From Chrysomallon squamiferum (taxonomy: Eukaryota > Animalia > Mollusca): DNA of 64,000 nucleotides. Numbering within the stretch: the first letter of the stretch is position 1; the number at the start of each line of letters is the position of its first letter. Below the pieces are notes generated by a model. The model searched no databases and was not told the origin of the DNA. It was given only the letters and a program-made list of their open reading frames with translations. The translations under genes and the position numbers were made by a program. The stretch is taken from positions 14,570,001-14,634,000 of the forward strand of contig CM022674.1 of assembly GCA_012295275.1 (NCBI GenBank), given 5' to 3'. Shown here piece after piece: positions 1 through 13,912 of this stretch.

Positions 1-3000
1 CAGCCCTACTCACAATAAATACAGCAATAATAACTTACTTAGTTTATAAAAATGTATTAGGTTTGTTTAATAACATAAGAAAAAAAGAATGATTATGGGA
101 TGTAGATAAGGGGCATTTCTTTTTGTGTGTGTGTTATCATTATTATTTTATTTTAATTTAAATATCTTTGTTTAATCATTATCAGGTTTTGGTGTTTTTG
201 TTAATCACTAATCATAGTTACTATTTATTTTGTTTAGTTTTCAAACGTTACTTTAATTAGTGTAACACGATTATCAGTCACTATGAGTTACTCCCCTTTA
301 TTCATACCAGCCTCAGTGTACAGGAGCAGATCTAGGTGATGTCTGTTAAAACTCAGTGAATAAAGTGATTTGAAGTATAACATCTTTATAAAACCAAATG
401 ACATTTACAACTTTTAAAATAATTAATCTTTCTATTCCTCTACAAACACGCAAAGATTTGTCCCTGAATATATATCACTGTACAAGTTTTTGGATGTTTT
501 TTTAATATTTGCATATTGTTTTTATAATTAGCATTTATTTTAATGTATTTTTTCATTTTAAAAAAAAATATAGTTATGGACATTTTGTTTTCTTCTTCAC
601 AAATCTGTTTCATTTTTATTTTATTTTTGACATCCTTTATATTTAAATATATACTTTCTTTTATTTAAAAAAAAAAAAAAAAATGTTTTTAAAAACAGTA
701 TCTATTTTCTTTCTCACACCAAAAAATAATAAAATTTTAATAATTTGTTACATAACCAGACACACATGGACGCACCCACACAAAATACAAACGTGGGTGG
801 GGGACACATGACAAACACACCCAACTCTATTCTCTTTGTGACTAATGGTATTTTCCCTGATTGAAGCATTACCACCACAGTAGTAGCTGCCACTCAACAG
901 AAACCTAGTCCTGTCCACCAACACATCTAAATTATTTATATTTTTTGACTGAAAGCATCAGTAAACATTAGTTTCTTACTCTAAACAAACTTTCATGGTG
1001 TATCCATTACTGAACTGTTGTTTACAAGTTTGAAATTAAGTTTAACACTGTTCTCATAAATACCATTTTATTCAATTATGTCACTAATTTGCTTTAAAAC
1101 CTTTCCAGAGATATTTAAAAGATAAAGTTTTTATAATTTTCAGGTTGTCTGCTATCTCTTTGTCTGAATGTTTCTGTGTGTTACAGATTTCTGTAACATC
1201 ACAAGCAGTGTATAAATGTTGAAGTAAATGTTACATGAGGTGTAAAAGATCTTTCATTCATCACGTGAAATATATAAAGATATTGCATTAAGCCACATGA
1301 ATGTCAATTAGTTTTCAGCCACATGAAATGTAAAAAGACATGAAGTCACATGGAATATAAAAAGATTTCACTAAGTCACATGGAATGTCAAATATTTCAG
1401 TAAGTTACATGAAATGTAAAAATATGTTTTGGTAAGTCCTATGAAATGTAAAAAGATGTTTTGGTAAGTCATGTGAAATGTAAAGTGTTTGAGTAAATGT
1501 ACTTCACATATCATTAAATTGGTCATAAAGTAATTTGTTTTCTTTTCTTTTAACACTGATTATTTCTTATAAGAAATAAAGCGAAATATTTTCTTAGTTC
1601 AAGGTTTCCAGAAGATATGATGAGAATGGAAACACACAGTCAATAATTCACTGACTTTGTCATTTAGCAGCGATATATTTTTACATGCACCGCCTCACAG
1701 ACAAGAGATAAAATTATGTAACCAATCTGTTTTTGTCATAAAAAAGATGGAACACTGATGCAGAGCTTCAGAAACAAAACAGATTCCGACTCATTTAAGA
1801 GATCTAGTCAAAGATACAACAAGGTTTCCTTTAAAAATAACTTCATATTTTTTGAAAGAAAAAATAAACTATCTTTGTAAAATGATTTTCTACTGAGAAA
1901 GAAAAACTATAAAGTTTTGTAAAAATGTTTTATTCAGGTGTGCTAAGATATTTACAAATATAAAATGTACACATCTTTTTGTCTATAAAATATCTGATTT
2001 TGCACAAGGCACAGTAATCTATTTTTAGCCACAATACTTCATCATTGTATTAACCTATTACACTGTCATCAGTTAACACACACATCTTTTCACAGAGGTC
2101 ATACAAGTGTTGTAACACTGAATAAATAGACCAGTATCAGAATTTTATTCTTTTCACATTATAAAATGTATACGGAATTAAGACACACTATACAAATAAT
2201 TTTTATTATGCATAGTTTTCTGTTGTTTAAATGAAATCGCTGTTTGTTTGTGTTTCCAATGCATCATGGCCATTTTGCTTTTCTTGATCATGAAAGTTAA
2301 AATGGCAAACAGCTGTTTGTTAAAGTTCATGAAATCACTTTCATCACAGACAGGGAACACACTGATAATTAACTAATTAGTAAACTAATAAGGCTTGTTA
2401 TATGCAACTTCAAAACTAAATTTGTCTAATGCAATGTTTACTGTACTGGAAACATTTAATGAAAACAAACATTTTGAAAAATAAATTAATGTGCAAGCTA
2501 AGACATAATTGTGACAACTATTTAATAAAATAAATTAATTAATTAATTAAAAAATATAATAAATAATAACTATTATGCAGTTGTGTACCAAAAAATAATT
2601 TACTTTGAAATAAAATAGCTTCAGATGATTTTTTTGTTAAAACATGTCAATGACATTATTTTGGCAGTGTAGTGTTGTGGAAACAATAAGTCACGTTGTA
2701 GTAATTGGTGTCAGGTGTGAAAAAAATTTAAAAATAATGAAATAAATAAAAAATAATAATGAAATATATATTATTAATAAAAAAATAAAAAATTAATAAA
2801 TCATTAAAGTGTGTCTGGATGCGTAGTATACCACTACAGCTACATTATAAATAATAAAAAAAAAAAATAAAAATTAAGAAATCATGAAGTCATAAATGTA
2901 AATTAATTGTTTTTCATCCAAGGTGCGACTGTTGTATCTTTCACATGCTTTAACTTGCTTTCAACAGGAGAAAGAGGTTTCAACACCCTACAAACTCCTC

Positions 3001-3135
3001 AACACTGCTGTTTAAAAGACAGAAACACACTGTTTAATGTCTTTACTTTTTTCAAATTTTCTTCAGCTTTTAAAAATAAATCTTAGAAGGAATGTAAAGT
3101 TTGCTGTTGATTCCATAATTTAAAAAGATGTAATT

Positions 3136-4869
3136 TTAAAATCCACTCCTAAACCTGAGGACTCCGATGAGGGTGACGAGTTCTGTGACAGACGGAAGAG
3201 CGCTGCAGACGGCAAAGATGTACCAGTACCAGTCACAGGGCCACGCGTCAAACAGGAAGTACGCCAGGGAAACTGCGGCCCCACAGTGAACAGACGTTGC
3301 TGAATGTTGTTAAAGAAAAGTAACAACACAGCTGATGTTGTTGATATTATTTGTGTTTCAATTAAACACACACATACACAGATATAGACACAGAAAAAGA
3401 CATACACACAAACACACACACACAGACATACACATGTACAAATAAATACACACACACCATACAGACATACAGACACTAATATACAGTTGCAAATACACAG
3501 AAAAGACCACACATACATCCCCCTTAAACAAATATATGATCATACTTTATAGGTGTAAAAAAAAGTATTTAGAACAATTTTGGATATAAAGTACATCTAA
3601 TAAAAAGCTTAAAAACTAATTTTACTTTTACAGTCTACTGATATGCTAGATAATCAGAAGTTCTATGTTAACAATAATAATAACAACAACAACAATTATA
3701 ACAATAACTATAACAATAATAATAATAATAATAATAATAATGGTAATAATAATAATAATAACATAGATGACAGTAATATTGGTGATGATGATGATAATGA
3801 TATTGTTTTAAGAAAGATTAAGTTCTCAGTTATGGTAAGTTTTGTAATAAAAGGATACACAAAGACTTTGAAAAGGCATAAACATGGAAATTCCTGCAAC
3901 AAATCCAATAAATTCAAACACAAACAGACCCAGTGAGACTCCGAGACCTATTACAAGTCTGAAATAACAAAACAGTGAAACTATTTACATAGCTACTGAT
4001 ATTGTAACTCTAAAATGACACAGTCATAATACAGAAATAACATCATAAATCAAAATAATATTAAACTGCTAAAAACAGCACATAGCAATCATTATTCATT
4101 TGGAATATTATTACTTTTTTTTTATATGTGAGTTTTTGTGTGTTTTTTTAGTTTTATGTGCATACATGCACACACATACATAAATAAACGTAGAAAAAAA
4201 TGCTAAATGAATTGTAAATAACAATTTTAAAATTTGTTATTTTTGTATTATTTTTCATATCGATAATTAATACAGTTAAAAATTTTATTAATTTCTGAAG
4301 CATCCCACAGTTAGTGTGTGCAATTCTCATACTTTTAAAGAATTTGTGTGATCATTTATAAGCAATAAAAACCTCTATGACTTTCATCACTGAGTAAATT
4401 AGTAAAATTATGTTTTCATTTTGGCCTCTCTCTTTTTACTTAATTCAAACCAACAGTAGCATCATGTGGGCTGACACTAGTCGAGTTAAGAACTTTGAAA
4501 TTAATTTTATTTTCAACTCACTCTTTGTCTTTTGCAGAATACTGCTCTGATGTGTAGTTTTCTGGTAGACTCATCTTAATGTTTTCATCCTGAAGAACAA
4601 TTTTAATAAAAATAAACATACATACAAAAATGTTAAATGGATATTTTTAATGTTCATATAAACTATAGCAAGCAGCATGAGTAATAACAACATTCTTGGA
4701 AAAAGAACTATTTGAGTTAAAAAGGATGATTTTGATTTCCGATTCCCAAACAGTCTATAATTCAAGTTTTGATTTAGGGTTAAAGGAAGAGTTAAGATTC
4801 TGTAAAAATATTTGGAAGTATAATTAAAAACCAAGAGCAAGCATACAAAATATAACTATAATTATTTAT

Positions 4870-4937
<68 letters not shown>

Positions 4938-5082
4938 GACAGTAATAGTAATAATAAAAAACAAAATAAAAATAAATTAAGTTTGACAAACTTACCCTAG
5001 ACCAAAATATAACAATAACGATAATCAAATGTGCAATAATCGTCAGAAATCTTGCAGGGATCAGACCAGAAAAACCTTTCAT
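3136..5082 (-). CDS. TMEM107: Transmembrane protein 107 (ciliary transition zone), 4 coding exons
   Basis: Exons 5082-4996 (MKGFSGLIPARFLTIIAHLIIVIVIFWSR), 4589-4522 (DENIKMSLPENYTSEQYSAKDK), 3958-3859 (LVIGLGVSLGLFVFEFIGFVAGISMFMPFQSL) and 3299-3136 (TSVHCGAAVSLAYFLFDAWPCDWYWYIFAVCSALPSVTELVTLIGVLRFRSGF*). Colinear with human TMEM107 as recalled; ~139 aa. There is a 1-nt phase mismatch at the exon 3/4 junction as assembled. Confidence 0.93.
3300..3858 (-). other. U12-type (minor spliceosome) GT-AG intron, TMEM107 intron 3
   Basis: 5' splice site GTATCCTTTT at 3858-3849. Branch-point TTCTTTAAC at 3317-3309, immediately followed by AACATTCAG (acceptor), with no polypyrimidine tract between them. 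Confidence 0.9.
4870..4936. repeat. (TAA)n microsatellite in TMEM107 intron 1
   Basis: Pure TAA run seen directly. Confidence 0.95.
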
Positions 5083-5518
5083 TATGAAGTGATAAAAAAA
5101 ACGTATTTCAGTAACAGGGCTTCCTTAACAACACGTCTGAATTATTTATTTTTAACAAAATTACAAGCTTTGATTAAATACAGTTTCCATCATACCATTT
5201 ATGTATAGTTAATACAGTTGGGCTTTTTCGACACCTATTTTATTGATGTCTTAAATGATAAGAAAACAAAATAAATAAATATTTTTTAGATATGTCACAA
5301 CTTGCTAACAACTCGGGCGGCCATATTTATTTTTCGAATATTTTCGTTCATGATCGGAACCTTTCGGAATGTTTCTGCAAAATATGAGAAATGGTGAGAC
5401 ATCCGGGAGTACATGCGCAAAGCGTTAGCCACGTATCGTGAAACAACGTTTGATGTTTATTTCACCTTATTCTGACATATTATTTCCTGATTTTGTGCAG
5501 TAACAAAGGATTTAAAAT
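5083..5518. promoter_or_regulatory. Bidirectional promoter region TMEM107/COPB2
   Basis: Divergent start codons ~437 bp apart with local CpG enrichment. YY1-like GCGGCCATATTT at ~5316-5327. Degenerate RFX X-box-like GCTTCCTTAACAAC at 5119-5132, near the ciliary gene. Confidence 0.6.
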
Positions 5519-8500
5519 ATGGTAACTTAAACAACGTTTAATTAATTTATAACGGTTTATAAATATTTATAATATGCTTGATTTATTTTGAGATTTATAA
5601 ATGTTACCGGCTTAGGACCTTCGAAAGTTAAGGACGATTTTACATTAAAAAAGTGATTAAAATGTATTAAAAATGCCGATATTTTATAATAAAGCTTTAT
5701 AATTATGTTATTGTGATATCATGGATATGTTTTAAGGTTAGCAATACTCAAGTTAATGTTTTTAACCCCAAAATCATATGAGCAACATAAACTGAAATAA
5801 AAACTAAAATATTTTAAGTTTAAATAGTAAAAACTAATATCTGAGACTCGATGACAGTGACACGGTCTTAGGTGATAATGTTTAGATAATACACAGGTAT
5901 TACAGTCTCAGCGTGTAGATTAATTGAAAAAAAATCATTTCAAAGCTATTTTAGTGAAGCAACAATTAAATCAGTTTAACAGGTGATATTACCAAAACAG
6001 TTTGGTTTGCTTTACATACATGTATTATTCAGTTCATTGTCAGATCAGTAGCTATAGCAGTTGAAGTTCAATCTGAGTAACTGTAAGAAGTGTTTCTCAG
6101 TGTAATTAATTTATTTATCAATACCATTTATTTACAAATATCTAATAGATATCATCTGTGTTTTACCCAGCTTCCTCTTTAAAAGACACTTTTGAATTAC
6201 CTAGTTTAGTAGTTACAAAATTATTTTGAAATTTTATTTTTTTATTTTTTTATTTCAAGCCTCTTCGACTTGACATAAAGAGGAAACTCTCGGCCAGATC
6301 GGATCGGGTGAAATGTGTTGACCTTCACCCTTCAGAGACATGGATGTTGGCAAGTTTGTACAACGGCAATGTTCACATTTGGAATTATGAATCACAGGTG
6401 TGTTACGTTAAAAATCTTGAAACATTTTCATGTAGTTATAACAGAATATCTAGTCTGTCTAAATACTTATATTCTTAGAAACTTTAATTACTTACAAAAA
6501 GTATGTACTGTTTTGAATCTTAAATCCCAGATTAATTAAGTTTTGCTTAATAATGAACATATTTTAAGTTAGCTGTGAATTAGTGTTACAAAGAATGTAA
6601 TTTGTTTACATTTGTTTTTGTGTTTGTAGCAACTGATCAAATCATTTGAAGTCTGTGATCTGCCAGTTCGAGCTGCTCGCTTTGTGGCAAGAAAAAACTG
6701 GGTGATAACTGGATCAGTAAGTTTTTCATTTTAAACACAGCTCTGTCTCCACAGTTCTTTTCTAAAAACAACTTATTTATTATATAGTCTAAATGGTTTA
6801 CTGTTTTCACTCTTGTTTTAATTATGTGAATCTGATATTTTAATGTGTCAAATTCAGTGAGTGCATTTTGCAGATTACAATATAGTATTAAAATATCTGT
6901 CCTTAGGTCTGTGTGTGTGTGTGTGTGTGTGTGCATAGATATATGTTTAAATTAATTTAAATATAAACAGTTATCTATTTAAGTAATTGTGTTTGTTGAT
7001 GAATGCCATTTTTTTTTTGATTTTTCAGCCAGTATAAATTTTTTTTTTTTTTTTAATTCAGTTTAAATAGATGAATTAACAAATATAACAACAAATATTT
7101 TAAGTTTGATAAAAACAGATTTTAACCAGATTTGCTGAAATTGGACATGATACACTGAAGACTGTTTTAACTTGGTGTACTATCACTCCAACATAGTTAG
7201 AGGAGACTGCAGTTAGTAATTATTATAGGCACTGAAAAGGTTTTGTACAAGAGAGTACATATATACATGTAATAAATTAATTTTCGTTTGTTCCAGGATG
7301 ACATGCACATCCGAGTTTTCAACTACAACACACTGGAGAGAGCTCATCAGTTTGAGGCTCACTCCGACTACCTGAGAGCCATCGCTGTCCATCCAACACA
7401 GCCGTACATACTCACTAGTAGTGGTAAATACACATTTAATTTATACAACACAGCCATACATACTCACCAGTAGTGGTAAATGCACATTTAATTTATACAA
7501 CACAGCCATACATACTCACCAGTAGTGGTAAATGCACATTTAATTTATACAACACAGCCATACATACTCACCAGTAGTGGTAAATACACATTTAATTTAT
7601 ACAACACAGCCTTACATACTCACCAGTAGTGGTAAATGCACATTTAATTTATACAACACAGCCATACATACTCACCAGTAGTGGTAAATACACATTTAAT
7701 TTATACAACACAGCCATACATACTCACTAGTAGTGGTAAATGCACATTTAATTTATACAACACAGCCATACATACTCACCAGTAGTGGTAAATACACATT
7801 TAATTTATACAACACAGCCATACATACTCACTAGTAGTGGTAAATGCACATTTAATTTATACAACACAGCCTTACATACTCACCAGTGGTGGTAAATACA
7901 CATTTCATTTATACAACACAGCAGTATATACTCACCAGTAGTGGTAAATACACAAGTATAAATATTATAAAATGTAAAATAAATATTTTTAAATGAAATG
8001 CTATAAATAGTGTATGTTTGTTTATATGTATGTGTGTGTGTTATAAAATGTGAAGTATGCATCAGATGACATTCTGATACGCACTACAAATAGTGTGTTG
8101 TATGGATATGTTTATAGACGTGTATTGTGCTCGCATATGACATGGTGATAAACATATAAATAGAATAGATGTTTCTGAGTATGTGTGTGTGTGTACACAT
8201 ATATATATATGTATGTATTTATGTATGCATTGTGTTTTCAAAAGACATCTATATAAAAAGTGTATATATGTGTGTGTAATGTGTTTTCTGATCACATGCT
8301 GATATATATTATGTATATTATATGTGTGTATGTGTATATATTATATATATTACAGGTGTATGTGTGTTTTGTGTTTTCAGATGACATGCTGATATATATA
8401 ATATATGTATGTGTATGTGTATGTATTATATATATTATAGGTGTGTGTGTGTTTTGTGTTTTCAGATGACAGGCTGATATATATAATATGTGTGTATGTG

Positions 8501-11500
8501 TATGTATTATATATGTTACAGGTGTGTGTGTGTTATATGTGTGTATGTGTATGTATTATATATGTTACAGGTGTGTGTGTGTTATATGCGTGTATGAGTA
8601 TGTGTTATATATATTACAGGTGTGTGTGTGTTATATGTGTGTATGTGTTATATATATTACAGGTGTGTGTGTTTTGTGTTTTCAGATGACAGGCTGATAT
8701 ATATAATATGTGTGTATGTGTATGTATTATATATATTACAGGTGTGTGTGTGTTATATGTGTGTATGTGTTATATATGTTACAGGTGTGTGTATGTGTAT
8801 GTGTTATATATATTACAGGTGTGTGTGTGTTTTGTGTTTTCAGATGACATGCTCATCAAGCTGTGGGACTGGGACAAGAAGTGGACGTGTACTATGGTGT
8901 TTGAGGGACACACCCACTACGTCATGCAGATTGTCATCAACCCTAAAGACAACAACCAGTTTGCCAGTGCCTCACTAGACAGAACTGTCAAGGTATTTTT
9001 ACTTTTAACAAAGTTCCACAGAGAAAAGTAATTATTATTAAGATGAGTAACACAAAGAATAAGAAAACTACAAATGGCTAGAGGCGTTTCAGTTATGCTT
9101 TGCTGAATTTGTGGAACTCACTTCCAAATAACATCAGTGAGGCTGAAACAACAACTACATTCAAAACACTACTAAAGACCCATTTCTTTCATATCCAGTT
9201 TGCTAGTATACAGTTATGTTTAAATCTTAAAATGTTCAGTCTAGAGTATTTATTATTTTAAACTCATATACTTTTACCACCCTTTTAACATGTTTTCATT
9301 TAATATTTTTAAGTCATTTTATATTTTAGTTTATTAGTTTACACTTTAAAGGACCCTTTAACTTTCTTACAAAGGAAAAATTGCTATTTAAATATGGGGT
9401 ATAATAATAACATTTTTTTTTTTTTTCACTTCTTCAGATTGAAATGAAAAATGTCAGATTATTTTTATTAATTTGGACAAAAAATACATACAGTAATTAA
9501 TAAATGAGATATTTAAGATGTGTTTATAATTGTTTGAAATTTAACTTGATTAATTTTTGTTTTTCAGGTTTGGCAGCTTGGCTCACAGACTGCAAACTTT
9601 ACACTGGAAGGTCATGAGAAGGGAGTTAACTGTTTAGATTATTACTCAGGGGGAGATAAGCCATACTTAATATCAGGTGCTGACGACAGACTAGTGAAAA
9701 TCTGGGATTATCAGGTAAATATAATTTTTATCATATAACTAGTGAAATATATTGTTTGTAAATAAAATTTAATATTTTTGAAATATTACTCAACAAAAAA
9801 ACCTATAGTTTATGCCTTCTTTTCCTGTTTTTATAAGTTGTCTTTTTTTTAAAGTTATATATACTGTAATCTATTTTAAGAAAGAAGTCTGTTACTGTTT
9901 AGTGATAGACAGACAGTTAGAAAAATGGATAGATAAACATGCATTCCCACAAAGACAGAACAGATAAAAAATATAAACTAAATGTTTAATTAATTTATTA
10001 AGGTTTATGTGTTTTAACTGTTTTGTATCAAATTCAGGGTGTGACAACAGATTAAACTCCTGTGTTGTGAAATCCTGTTACTGTAGTGCTTATCATCTGA
10101 TGTCTTATTTGAAATTTTCAGAACAAAACTTGTGTTCAGACATTAGAAGGACATGCTCAGAATGTTTCTGCTGTTTCATTTCATCCTGAGCTGCCCATAA
10201 TTCTGACTGGTTCAGAGGATGGTGAGTTTTATATATAGAGAGAGAGGAGAGAGATATATTTCACATAATAATTTATTTTTACTACTAAAGGATTAAACTG
10301 CAAATATTCTATTCTAGGATCTGTACAGCTCAGACATAGTAGCATGTAAAGAGAAATGTACTGAATTTTAGTGGGAAAAAGATAAATAGTAAAGAGTTGG
10401 AAGAGTTAAAGTGTATACAGACTGGAGAGTAAACATAATTATAAATATTAGTATTTTAAAAGATGTATTTTGCTACAGGGACTGTTAGAATCTGGCATGC
10501 TAACACATACAGACTGGAGAGTACACTAAACTATGGGTTGGAGCGGGTGTGGACTGTGTCATGTAGGAAAGGTTCCAACAACGTTGCTCTCGGATATGAT
10601 GAAGGAAGCATCATCATAAAGGTAAATAAATAAGTCTTATCATAAACATAAGTAAGTAAGTCATGACAAAGATAAGTAAATAAAAAAAGTAAATAAGTCT
10701 TATTATAAAGATATTTAAATAAATCATATTATAAAGATAAGTAATTATCTGTTGTTAAAATGAAAAATGGGCATAAAAGTAAGTAAAGAAATATTTGGAT
10801 AAGTAAATATCTGCTGTGTGATGTGGAGGTTTTTGTGTTTTATTTCAGCTGGGCAGAGAGGAGCCAGCCATGTCGATGGACTCGAGTGGAAAGATAATCT
10901 GGGCGAAGCACGCAGAGATTCAGCAGGCAAACATCAAAGCCATGGGTGACCAGGAGATCAAAGATGGAGAGCGGTTGCCTCTTGCTGTCAAAGACATGGG
11001 CAGCTGTGAAATTTACCCACAAACCATTGCACACAATCCTAATGGAAGGTACTTGATTCTACTTGAGTTTCTTTGTGTTTGTTAATTATTTTGTTAGTGG
11101 AATCTGTTTCCTGTTTAATATTTATAACATACCAGTGATTTACTGCATATTGAATTATGATGTTATTAAACAGACTGTGTTTGTGCTTGCTTTGTTAAAT
11201 TTTTAAACAGTTAAATTGCACTGGTCCTGTGAGGATTGTTATGCAAGCTTATCAGCTGCAGAATGTTTGATTTTACTTGAACATTTTATATACTTTGACA
11301 GTGAAATGTTTTTTCTTGGATTGTTATCTACAGTATGTATATTGATTTCTTGATTTGCTACATGGGGTGCATCAATTTACATTGGTTACTATGAATGGAG
11401 TACATGTTGTTTCTAGTTTCATTCTTGTGTTGAGTATATTACACAAATTGTTTTGTAGGTTGATTGAATACATTACATGTGTTTTTTAGGTAGTTGTGTT

Positions 11501-13840
11501 GAGTGCATTACATGTTAAGTAAATTACGTGTGTTGTTTTCCAGATCTGTGTTGTTTTAATAAATCTGTGTTGTGTTTGTTTTTTAGGTTGTTTTTGTTGT
11601 GTTTAGTAAATTTATGTGTTGTTTTCTAGGTTTTGTTGTGTTTAGTAAATTATGTGTTTTGTTTTGTTTAGTAAATTTTTGTTGTTTTCTAGGTTTTTGT
11701 TGTGTTTAATAAAACTTGTGTTGTTTTCTAGGTTTGTTGTGTTTAGTAAATTACATGTGTTGTTTTCTAGGTTTTTATTGTGTTTAGTAAATTATATGTG
11801 TTGTTTTCTAGGTTTGTTGTGTTTAGTAAATTACATGTGTTGTTTTCTAGGTTTTTGTTGTGTTTTAAATTTGTTTTCTAGGTTTGTTTGTTTTCTAGGT
11901 TTTTAGTTTGTTTTTTTGTGTTGTTTTCTAGGTGTTTTTGTTGTGTTTAGTAAATTTACTAGGTTTTGTTGTGTTTCTTACATGTGTTGTTTTCTAGGTT
12001 TTTGTTGTGTTTAGTAAATTACGTGTGTTGTTTTCTAGGTTTTGTTGTGTTTAGTAAATTACGTGTGTTGTTTTCTAGGTTTTGTTGTGTTTAGTAAATT
12101 ACGTGTGTTGTTTTCTAGGTTTGTTGTTGTGTTTAGTAAATTACGTGTGTTGTTTTCTAGTTTTTTTTGTGTTTAGTAAATTATGTGTGTTGTTTTCTAG
12201 GTTTTTGTTGTGTTTAGTAAATTACGTGTGTTGTTTTCTAGGTTTTTGTTGTGTTTAGTAAATTACGTGTATTGTTTTCTAGTTTTTTTTTTGTTTTCTA
12301 GGTTTTTTTCTTTTTTGTTGTGTTTAGTTAAATTAGTTTTTTGTGTTTTGTTTTCTAGGTTTTTTGTTGTTGTTTTGTTGTGTTTAGTAAATTACGTGTG
12401 TTGTTTTCTAGGTTTGTTTAGTTAGTGTGTTGTTTTTCTAGGTTTTGTTGTGTTTAGTAAATTATGTGTGTTGTTTTTCTAGGTTTTTTTGTGTTTAGTA
12501 AAGGCTTTGTTGTTGTGTTTAGTTTGTTGTGTTTAGTAAATTACGTGTGTTGTTTTCTAGGTTTTTGTTGTGTTTAGTAAATTACGTGTGTTTTTTCTAG
12601 GTTTGTTGTGTTTAGTAAATTACGTGTGTTGTTTTCTAGGTTTGTTGTTGTGTTTAGTAAATTACGTGTGTTGTTTTCTAGGTTTGTTGTTGTGTGTGGT
12701 GATGGAGAGTACATCATCTACACAGCTATGGCTCTGAGAAATAAAAGTTTTGGTTCAGCTCAGGAGTTTGTGTGGAGTACAGACTCCTCGGTGTACGCAG
12801 TCAGGGAGGGATCAACCAGTGTGAAAATATTCAAAAACTTCAAAGAGCAGAAATCTTTCAAACCAGACTTTGGTGCAGAAGGTAAATCAATTTCAGTTTT
12901 ATCTTTTGTTTTGAAATAATTTCTTCACTTACTAGTTAAAAATATAAAAAAACACAAAACATTATTATGTTATTGTTATATTACTGTTGTTATTTAATTA
13001 TAATTATTATTATTATTATAGGTATTTGTGGAGGGTTTATGCTTGGTGTTAGATCTGTCAGTGGTTTGGCATTTTATGACTGGGACACGACAGAACTTGT
13101 GAGGAGAATAGAAATCAGCCCCAAGCAGGTCAGTGAAACAAGTTAGACACAAGTCTCAACATTAGTGTAATGTTATAATTACACTATGAAACAAGTTAGA
13201 CACAAGTCTCAACATTAGTAGTGTAATGTTATAATTACACTATGAAACATGTTAGACACAAGTCTCAACATTAGTAGTGTAATGTTATAATTACACTATA
13301 AAACAAGTTAGACACAAGTCTCAACATTAGTAGTGTAGTGTTATAATTACATTATCAAACAAGTTAGACACAAGTCTCAACATTAGTAGTGTAGTGTTAT
13401 AATTACACTATGAAACAAGTTAGACACAAGTCTCAACATTAGTAGTGTAGTGTTATAATTACACTATGAAACAAGTTAGACACAAGTCTCAACATTAGTA
13501 GTGTAATGTTATAATTACATTATGCAAGTTATCTTTCACTGCTTTGTCAGAGATAGTGTTACAGTACGTTACTGTTGTGTTATTAAAACTTGTTGTTACA
13601 GATCTACTGGAGTGAGACAGGTGAGTTGGTGTGTATTGCCACAGAGGAGTCATTTTTCATCTTGAAGTACAGCACAGAGGCAGTGGAGCGTGCACGCGAG
13701 ACCAAGGAGGGAGTCACAGAGGATGGGATTGAAGATGCCTTTGAGGTAAATCTTAATTATCATCTCATAACATTTTTAAACACATTCACATATTCACTGT
13801 GAAATATATCCCTTATTTTACTCTTCCTTATAACTGAGTA

Positions 13841-13912
<72 letters not shown>

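Noticed and set aside
2178-2360. ORF considered as the TMEM107 last exon
   Set aside because: The true C-terminus (SALPSVTE...) is already contained in exon 3299-3136.
1-3135. U8 snoRNA (SNORD118), which lies at the 3' end of vertebrate TMEM107
   Set aside because: Only a short ACAGGAGCA resemblance near 320; no recognisable U8 5' end or C/D box layout. An Infernal search would be decisive.
11214-11246. miR-92-like sequence AATTGCACTGGTCC
   Set aside because: Only the first ~14 nt match, and there is no complementary 5' arm for a pre-miRNA hairpin.
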